Shown in pieces: positions 57,769 through 64,000 of a stretch of 64,000 nucleotides of DNA. The translations under genes and the position numbers were made by a program. The first letter of the stretch is position 1. Each line of letters begins with the position of its first letter. Under the pieces are notes generated by a model that ran no database searches, was not told the origin of the DNA, and saw nothing but the letters and a program-made list of their open reading frames with translations. Source of the stretch: an uncultured Candidatus Saccharibacteria bacterium. GTDB taxonomy: Bacteria; Patescibacteriota; CALEFQ01. Where the stretch lies: assembly GCA_965230955.1 (NCBI GenBank), contig OZ246404.1, positions 782,321 to 846,320 on the forward strand, read 5' to 3'.

Positions 57769-60507
57769 TTACTTATCGAATAATGTTGGGACATGCCCAT
57801 TAGTAAACCCCTCCAACCCAAGCTCTTCGTGCTTAAGTTCGTCATAACCATCGAAGTCATCGACACCGGAAATATCTGCTGATTTAAAGCCACGTCTTTC
57901 CATAATTTTGTCAACGAGAAAAAATGTCCTTATACCACCCTCCTTCTCTAAAAGTTTTAGTGCCTTTTTACGATCATCTATTTGTTTGGTTTCGGCCAGG
58001 TGTTTGCCCTTCACATCAACAATAATCCATTCACCGTTCATAAAAGCTAAAAAGTCCGGATAAAACGGCGCGGGTTTTACTTCGACTGGATATTCAGTTC
58101 TCGGCTCGTTTCTTACCCAAAAGCTTTTTCTCTTCTTATCCAGTGAGCACAAATGTTCCAATGTATCGGCGACCCATTTTTCCGGCGGACTATCAAACTT
58201 TACGTATGGCCTGATAGAATATTTGTAGTCTTCAACAATCGTGCCCTTCTGCTGTAAATGAGACGACATTTCTTGATATGATGGAATGAGATTTAATATC
58301 TTCCCATCTCTTTTCCTTATCGTAACAGCGCTGTCAATGAAAATATCCTTGACATTCTTTTTTTTAAAATCAAATTGGCTCTTAAACATCAAATCCGAAG
58401 ACCCCTGTTCATAAAACCCCGTAATCTTTTTCTTAAGCGCTCTTAAGGCTCTTTTACGATCGACGGCATACGCAGTATCAACCCGAATACCCGCATCAAA
58501 AATAGACTTAATTAATTTTTCAACCGATTTTCTTGAGATGTCTCCGATGTGAGGTCCCGTTTCGTCGATAAAATCCAGCGCCCAACGTGCTAGATCATTA
58601 TCCGGTAAAGTTAGTGTTACTCGAGTAGTGGCCGGCTTGTCCGTTTTCAATTCAAATTCCGGTCCAGTAACTTCAGCATAATCTACCATCGCCATAACTT
58701 CATCCTTTAACACTCTGTCTCCGCGGGATAAACCACAAGAGTCATCAATAAATGACTTAACGCTCAATTTTTTATCTTTAAGTGCTTCGTCGAAGGTAAT
58801 ACCCGTTGCCACTCGTTTAATTTGTAGGATTGGAATTTGATAATCGTCTATGATCTTACTATTAACTTTGTTTTCTTTATCTTCCTCTTCCGTGGGTATC
58901 TCAACGCTAGCTGGCGATAAAGCAAGATTCTCCCGAATTTCTTCGACAATCCGGTCAAATCTTTTGCCACGTTCGCAGACGACATGCAAAATTTCGCTCT
59001 GCTCCTTCAAATCGTGATCTAACAGATCGTATTCTCGTTTTTCTTTATAAAGACGCAGGCCACGTCCAATTAACTGAGCAGCTGCCAATCCCACATTCTC
59101 TATGGTGTCTCCCAAAACTACGATGGTATAAAAATTATCGTAATCTACGCCTTCGGTAAAAATCCTGACCTGATTTACAATCTCTGCCTTATTGTCATCA
59201 AGCGACTGATAATCAGCCCAGGTTTCTTCATCACTTTTATTTTCGCTATGAATGGTAAAAACGGATTTTGCCAAAGAAGAAAGCTGTTTAACGAGCTCCT
59301 CTTTATTTTTGGGAATGTTATGTCTAACAATTTTGGCGATGTCGGTTCCTTCTAGGTTAACCTGCTCCAGGACGTCATCCAGTTCGCCGGAAACCGAGTC
59401 CGGCCAATTTTTCAAATACACATCCACTGCCTCGGCATGTTTTATGGTTCTTGCCTTAGTGAGCAACATGGATTTTTTAACGGGAGCATTTACGGCGGTT
59501 AAGGAGGCGCGCTTCAAGAGATGAATCAACATGCCCCATATTAACTTTTGCTTGTCGCTTTCATTCACTTCATCGCCGGTTTTTTCTTCTCCTAGCCCGC
59601 ATCCTACTGCAAAAATTCGCTTTCCATAACCTTCGCTGATATATCTCTGCATCGGATATTTATAGAGATTGTCCTGGCCAAAGCTTTCACTGTCGTTTTT
59701 CTCCAAAGACGTAGCGGTAAATTCCAATACCATGCTTGGCAATAATTCGAAAATTGCTTCGGTGGTTTTCTTTTGTTGATAGTGATGGGCCTCGTCCGAA
59801 ATTATAACCAGCCGTCTTTCTCTTAAAAATTCAATAAATGAAATAGTATGATTTCCGCTTTTATCTCGCCATAGCGATTCTTCCAATGGACGTCTTACGT
59901 ATGGTACGCCCTTCATGGTATCCTCGCCGTCTTTCTGATTGGCCGTTCCTCTGTCATAAAACTTCTGCATGTTAAAAACGTAGAACGTGATGTCCTTACC
60001 ATCTTCATAGTTACAGGTTTTATCCCGATAGGAATTACCGGTTACGAGATTGTAAGTTAAATTCCAGCCATCGCCAAAAATACTTTTAACGGCTCTGGGA
60101 GTGAAATTCTCAATGGTCTTATCAAAAAGAATCGTGTTAGGAGTTAAGATAAGAAAATCTTTGTGTCCGCGGTTATATAAATCCAAAATCATCGCTCCCA
60201 TCAGTAAAGTCTTCCCGGAACCGGTGGCCATTTCGAAACCAATTTTATTCCACTGGACAATTTTATCTTCGTCGTCTCTGCTCTGCTGGACGGTCTTTTG
60301 CTTAATGCTTCTGCTATCAAATTTATTATTCAGGAAAAGCTGAAAAGCGCCCATGGCTTCTATTTGATAGGGTCGCATTGGAAACTTAAGCAGGTGCTGT
60401 ATTTTATCGTAATTCTCTATAATCTTAGGTGAAGCGGAACCGACAGCAATTTTATATTGCTGGTCCTCACTTACCGAATCGTAAAATGTTTTTTGTTTAA
60501 TTTTCAT
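57769..60507 (-). CDS. Type III restriction enzyme Res subunit
   Basis: EMATGSGKT, DEAHH, TAT, QLIGRGLR, C-terminal YPDF...DVKG nuclease. Confidence 0.88.
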   Translation of the reverse strand: MKIKQKTFYDSVSEDQQYKIAVGSASPKIIENYDKIQHLLKFPMRPYQIEAMGAFQLFLNNKFDSRSIKQKTVQQSRDDEDKIVQWNKIGFEMATGSGKTLLMGAMILDLYNRGHKDFLILTPNTILFDKTIENFTPRAVKSIFGDGWNLTYNLVTGNSYRDKTCNYEDGKDITFYVFNMQKFYDRGTANQKDGEDTMKGVPYVRRPLEESLWRDKSGNHTISFIEFLRERRLVIISDEAHHYQQKKTTEAIFELLPSMVLEFTATSLEKNDSESFGQDNLYKYPMQRYISEGYGKRIFAVGCGLGEEKTGDEVNESDKQKLIWGMLIHLLKRASLTAVNAPVKKSMLLTKARTIKHAEAVDVYLKNWPDSVSGELDDVLEQVNLEGTDIAKIVRHNIPKNKEELVKQLSSLAKSVFTIHSENKSDEETWADYQSLDDNKAEIVNQVRIFTEGVDYDNFYTIVVLGDTIENVGLAAAQLIGRGLRLYKEKREYDLLDHDLKEQSEILHVVCERGKRFDRIVEEIRENLALSPASVEIPTEEEDKENKVNSKIIDDYQIPILQIKRVATGITFDEALKDKKLSVKSFIDDSCGLSRGDRVLKDEVMAMVDYAEVTGPEFELKTDKPATTRVTLTLPDNDLARWALDFIDETGPHIGDISRKSVEKLIKSIFDAGIRVDTAYAVDRKRALRALKKKITGFYEQGSSDLMFKSQFDFKKKNVKDIFIDSAVTIRKRDGKILNLIPSYQEMSSHLQQKGTIVEDYKYSIRPYVKFDSPPEKWVADTLEHLCSLDKKRKSFWVRNEPRTEYPVEVKPAPFYPDFLAFMNGEWIIVDVKGKHLAETKQIDDRKKALKLLEKEGGIRTFFLVDKIMERRGFKSADISGVDDFDGYDELKHEELGLEGFTNGHVPTLFDK

Positions 60508-62270
60508 AATAAATTGTATTCTCTTAAAATCGCTGTCGGGATTTTCCTAATGAGCACGCGATCATCAAGCGACTCATTTGGCACGGCAACAGCCATGTTA
60601 GTGAAAATCGTAAGATGTCTAAATTTTTCTTTGTCTAGGCCGGCAACGATTTTATTATAAGTGTCTTCATCAAGAGGCTTAACTTCCCTCGAAGCAAAAG
60701 AAAGGGCGTAGTTATAAGTAGCCGACCTGTGTTTACCTAGATACATTTTTTCTTTTTCCAGCCAATCAGCTTTAACTGGCTTATATTGAAAGTGCAGAAA
60801 AATTGCCTCAGCCATTTCTTCGGCCTTAAGCATCCAATTCATATCCTGTTCACGAATTAAGCTCTCACCAAGTTGATAGTATTTAAAACCACCGCCACCC
60901 TGCCAATTCGCATCTTTACTTACACCAGTTTGGTCACTTCCATTCGTTACTTTCTGCAAACGTGGAATAATGAGTTCATCGGCCTGTCGGCCCATTTCGA
61001 CCATTAACCATCGCCGTTTCATTTTTTGTGCTACTGCGCCGGTAGTTCCACTGAAAGCAAAAGTATCTAAAACAATGTCGTTTTCCTGTGTGGACATGCC
61101 TATAATCCGATGCAAAAGTCTTTCTGGTTTTCTTGTTCTATCTTCTCCTTTTATGCCGCCTTCGCCCCTAGCCGCATTTGAGACATCTTCCTTAGTCCAA
61201 AAATCACTTGGTTTTTCAAACTTATATATTACATCCTTTTCATTACTTGCTACAGATGATAGCCAACCGCACAATGCTTTCCCAAAATAGAAGTTCGTAG
61301 TAAGAGTGTCTACATTTTTTCCACGGCTCGGTGTATACTCCACCGAATAAAGCCCTTTATCCATCTGATCCATCAGCTCATGTTGAAATTTATTCTCTTT
61401 TTGCACTAAAAAGGTTCGGAAAATTTTATCAAAATTTTTCTTATAAAAATCTTTAAACTTCTTTCGGCTGTCTTCCAATTCATTAAATGGTATTCGTTCA
61501 ATTTTATAATTATCGTGTTTAAAAATCTTTACTGGCTCTTTATTTGATTTTGAAAGAAACTCCTTTACCAACTTTTTATTACCTTCGCTGATAAGAATCT
61601 GCCCATATCCTTTCAATTTTTCATATTCAAAAACTTTTTTAACGGTAAAATCTGCATTTATTGTGAGGCTTGTTTTTTCTTTTGCATAAACAAGAATATA
61701 TTCGGTCACATTTGCGAGCATTTTTCCTCCCAACCCTAAGCCAGCTACAGCTGAACGCTCCCATGCTACTTGCGATATAAAATTGTCGCGTCCGAATACC
61801 TCATCCATTAAAACTTTAAGATAGCCCTGCTCAATATCATCAATGTGCACAAAAATGACCCCATCGTGTCTCAATAATTTTCGCAGAAGACGAAGCCGAT
61901 CCCGCATCATGGTTAACCACTGAGAGTGTTGTAAATTATCCTCGTATCTTTCAAACGCATTTCCGGTATTAAAAGGAGGATCAATGTATATGCATTTAAC
62001 TCTCTCTTCGTCCGGCTTACCTTTGAACATTTCCACCAAACTTCGCAAAACCAACAGATTATCACCTTTGATAAGCATGTTTCCGCTAGTTTTATCTCCG
62101 TAGCCTTTGACGAAGCGTAAAATACGAGGCTCTGCAACCCGGATGTCGTTTTTTGGTACCCAAACCGGTCGAACGCCCTTACCTTCTTTTTCATCAATCT
62201 CATAGTAAAGAGAAAGGTCTTTATTGATCCAGTTTAATTGAAGTGATCCTTTGTGGTTCTTTTTCCGCAC
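60504..62270 (-). CDS. Type III N6-adenine methyltransferase Mod subunit
   Basis: LIKGDNL, IYIDPPFNTG, KPERLL, VLDTFAFSGTT, GGGFKY; 4-nt overlap with res. Confidence 0.9.
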   Translation of the reverse strand: MRKKNHKGSLQLNWINKDLSLYYEIDEKEGKGVRPVWVPKNDIRVAEPRILRFVKGYGDKTSGNMLIKGDNLLVLRSLVEMFKGKPDEERVKCIYIDPPFNTGNAFERYEDNLQHSQWLTMMRDRLRLLRKLLRHDGVIFVHIDDIEQGYLKVLMDEVFGRDNFISQVAWERSAVAGLGLGGKMLANVTEYILVYAKEKTSLTINADFTVKKVFEYEKLKGYGQILISEGNKKLVKEFLSKSNKEPVKIFKHDNYKIERIPFNELEDSRKKFKDFYKKNFDKIFRTFLVQKENKFQHELMDQMDKGLYSVEYTPSRGKNVDTLTTNFYFGKALCGWLSSVASNEKDVIYKFEKPSDFWTKEDVSNAARGEGGIKGEDRTRKPERLLHRIIGMSTQENDIVLDTFAFSGTTGAVAQKMKRRWLMVEMGRQADELIIPRLQKVTNGSDQTGVSKDANWQGGGGFKYYQLGESLIREQDMNWMLKAEEMAEAIFLHFQYKPVKADWLEKEKMYLGKHRSATYNYALSFASREVKPLDEDTYNKIVAGLDKEKFRHLTIFTNMAVAVPNESLDDRVLIRKIPTAILREYNLL

Positions 62271-62559
62271 AATATTATATAAATAATCAGCACTGCTAAT
62301 TTCGATAACTTTAAATTATTTGTTAAACGAAGAACTATAGTGCCGGTTATTACTTATCACATACATGAGTATATTTATTATGATAACACAGCAGAACTAG
62401 ACCGGAAAGGGATCGAAGGATCAACCAGGACTCGAACCTGTCCCTTCCCTTATCTAAGCCAAAACCCCTTTCTAGGGGTTTTTTGATGCTGTTCACTCGA
62501 ACTCGTTTTTTTGGCTTCACTTAGCGAAAATTTGTATTCAAAGACAAATAAAAATTCAT

Positions 62560-62581
62560 TGGCTCGCCAGGCTGGACTCGA
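62560..62581 (-). pseudogene. tRNA 3'-end fragment (att-like)
   Basis: Minus strand TCGAGTCCAGCCTGGCGAGCCA resembles T-loop, acceptor strand and CCA without the rest of a tRNA. Confidence 0.55.
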
Positions 62582-62739
62582 TCACTAAGACTTTTCTTCT
62601 TCCTTTATCACCACAAAGTCAAAGGCTTCGGCATGGTCTATCCGAGCTTGTCGAGGTGCCCTTCGTAAGCTCGGGGCTGGCTCAAGTCTAGAAAAAAAGC
62701 CTCACCCTTCACGGTGAAGCTTTTTTAACGGCCGGCTAA

Positions 62740-64000
62740 TCAATACTGATTACTGTTTTTGAAATAATGCCCGCGAAGCGAACTATTCGCCCAGAGCATC
62801 CAGACATCCACAAAACCGTCAGCGACACTCGGACCGTTGGCGAAACCAAAACTTACTTGGCAACCATGGTCATTGGCGGTAATCGTGCAGAGATCAGCCG
62901 TGGTTTGGCCAGCATCAACGGCACCGGAGAAATAAACACCTTTATTGAAACCCCAATAATCACAAAAGTCATGAGTCCCGCTTTCATTGGTTAATTTAAA
63001 ATTTGCCGCGGTGCTCGAAACTTTCGTGCCGATCAATTGGCAGGCCTCACCGGGGTAGCCGGACTCCGCTTCCAGTACAATGACCGGATTCGTATTCGGG
63101 AAACTTAAATTTATCTGCCCCACTTCCGACCCGAGATTGCGCCCGTCCACCGTATCTGCGTCCAGGCCCGAGCCCGAACCGTCGGCTATCTTGCTGGCAG
63201 AAATGGCCGCGCTGGAACTGATATCAGCGTCCATAATCGAACTGTTGACAATTTCTATACTACCGACCGTGTTCGCTCCCAACTGGAGATTGTTATACAG
63301 GCCACTGACATCCCCGCCGAAAGTGGAAGTCAAGACCAAGGCCGTGCCAGAGATTTTGCTCGCCGCAATCCCCGCGCTGGAACTGATATCGGAATCCATA
63401 ATCGCTCCACTAGCAATTTCGGCACTGCCGACCGTATTCGCTCCCAGCTGGAGATTGTTATACAGGCCACTGACATCCCCGCCGAAAGTGGAAGTCAAAA
63501 TCAGCGCTGTGCCTGAAATCTTACTGGCAGCAATCCCCGCGCTGGCGCTGATATCGGAATTTGTTAATGATCCGTCTTCTAATTCGGTCGAACCTACTTT
63601 TCCGCTACCGATCAGTAAATTATTATAACCCCCGCTGACATCACCGCCGAAAACGGTCGCTTGCACCAAAGCCGTACCGGAAATTTTACTGGCGGCAATC
63701 GCTCCGCTGGCGCTGATATCCGCGTCCGTCAAAGATCCGTCCGCCAATTCGGTCGAACCGACTTTGCCACTGCCGATTTGCAGATTACTGTAAACTCCGC
63801 TGACATCTCCCCCAAAAACCGTCGACTGGATCAGGGCCACGCCGGAAATCTTGTTTGGGCTGAGCGACCCCTCGCCGATTTCTCCCACGCTGGCATTGAA
63901 ATTTGTTTTATGCGCCACCAGATTTTCCACTTCAATTTCATTGACCGTCAGTTTCCCGGAAAAAAATCCATCGCGAAATTTTTTACTTTCACTGCCCAGT
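62740..64000 (-). CDS. Repetitive fibre/adhesin-like surface protein, start beyond the window
   Basis: Frame open to the window end (LGSESKKFRDGFFSG...); about four 55-aa repeats SKISG.AL....FGGDVSG.YNNL..G...VGS.E...; GLDADTVDG motif. Confidence 0.75.
   Translation of the reverse strand, partial: LGSESKKFRDGFFSGKLTVNEIEVENLVAHKTNFNASVGEIGEGSLSPNKISGVALIQSTVFGGDVSGVYSNLQIGSGKVGSTELADGSLTDADISASGAIAASKISGTALVQATVFGGDVSGGYNNLLIGSGKVGSTELEDGSLTNSDISASAGIAASKISGTALILTSTFGGDVSGLYNNLQLGANTVGSAEIASGAIMDSDISSSAGIAASKISGTALVLTSTFGGDVSGLYNNLQLGANTVGSIEIVNSSIMDADISSSAAISASKIADGSGSGLDADTVDGRNLGSEVGQINLSFPNTNPVIVLEAESGYPGEACQLIGTKVSSTAANFKLTNESGTHDFCDYWGFNKGVYFSGAVDAGQTTADLCTITANDHGCQVSFGFANGPSVADGFVDVWMLWANSSLRGHYFKNSNQY

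Noticed and set aside
62400-62700. Intact tRNA
   Set aside because: Only T-loop and 3'-end-like fragments; no cloverleaf can be built.
62740-63930. DGR template/variable repeat pair, or a prophage
   Set aside because: The repeats are in-frame coding repeats without adenine-specific mismatches; no reverse transcriptase or phage structural genes in the window.

Overview
Chromosomal segment of a small-genome bacterium, standard genetic code, about 60 genes mostly on the minus strand. By gene content and style (many single-pass surface proteins, salvage and peptidase genes, no biosynthetic operons) it is most likely Patescibacteria/CPR; this is inference. Housekeeping genes: mscS (partial), dut, tgt, lemA/TPM, recO, ileS, tRNA-Leu(CAG), argS, smpB-tmRNA, infC-rpmI-rplT, typA, a perR-ahpC/ccdA/ferredoxin redox cluster and glycosyltransferases. 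Accessory content: heliorhodopsin, an AsnRS-like asparagine synthetase, a Cas4-like nuclease, a type III restriction-modification island and large surface proteins. Most notable: (1) a trp-operon-style control circuit repurposed for peptide scavenging, with a TrpR/YerC repressor, operator, 35-aa leader peptide and 1:2/2:3/3:4 attenuator in front of an aminopeptidase; (2) dispersed 7-nt-period repeat arrays, one inside tgt; (3) a 20-bp palindrome inserted into a duplicated tRNA 5' fragment; (4) REP doublets bracketing a Cas4-like nuclease; (5) orphan genes with their own promoter, strong SD and terminator, contrasting with leaderless or SD-less core genes. All calls come from reading the sequence by eye; no searches were run.
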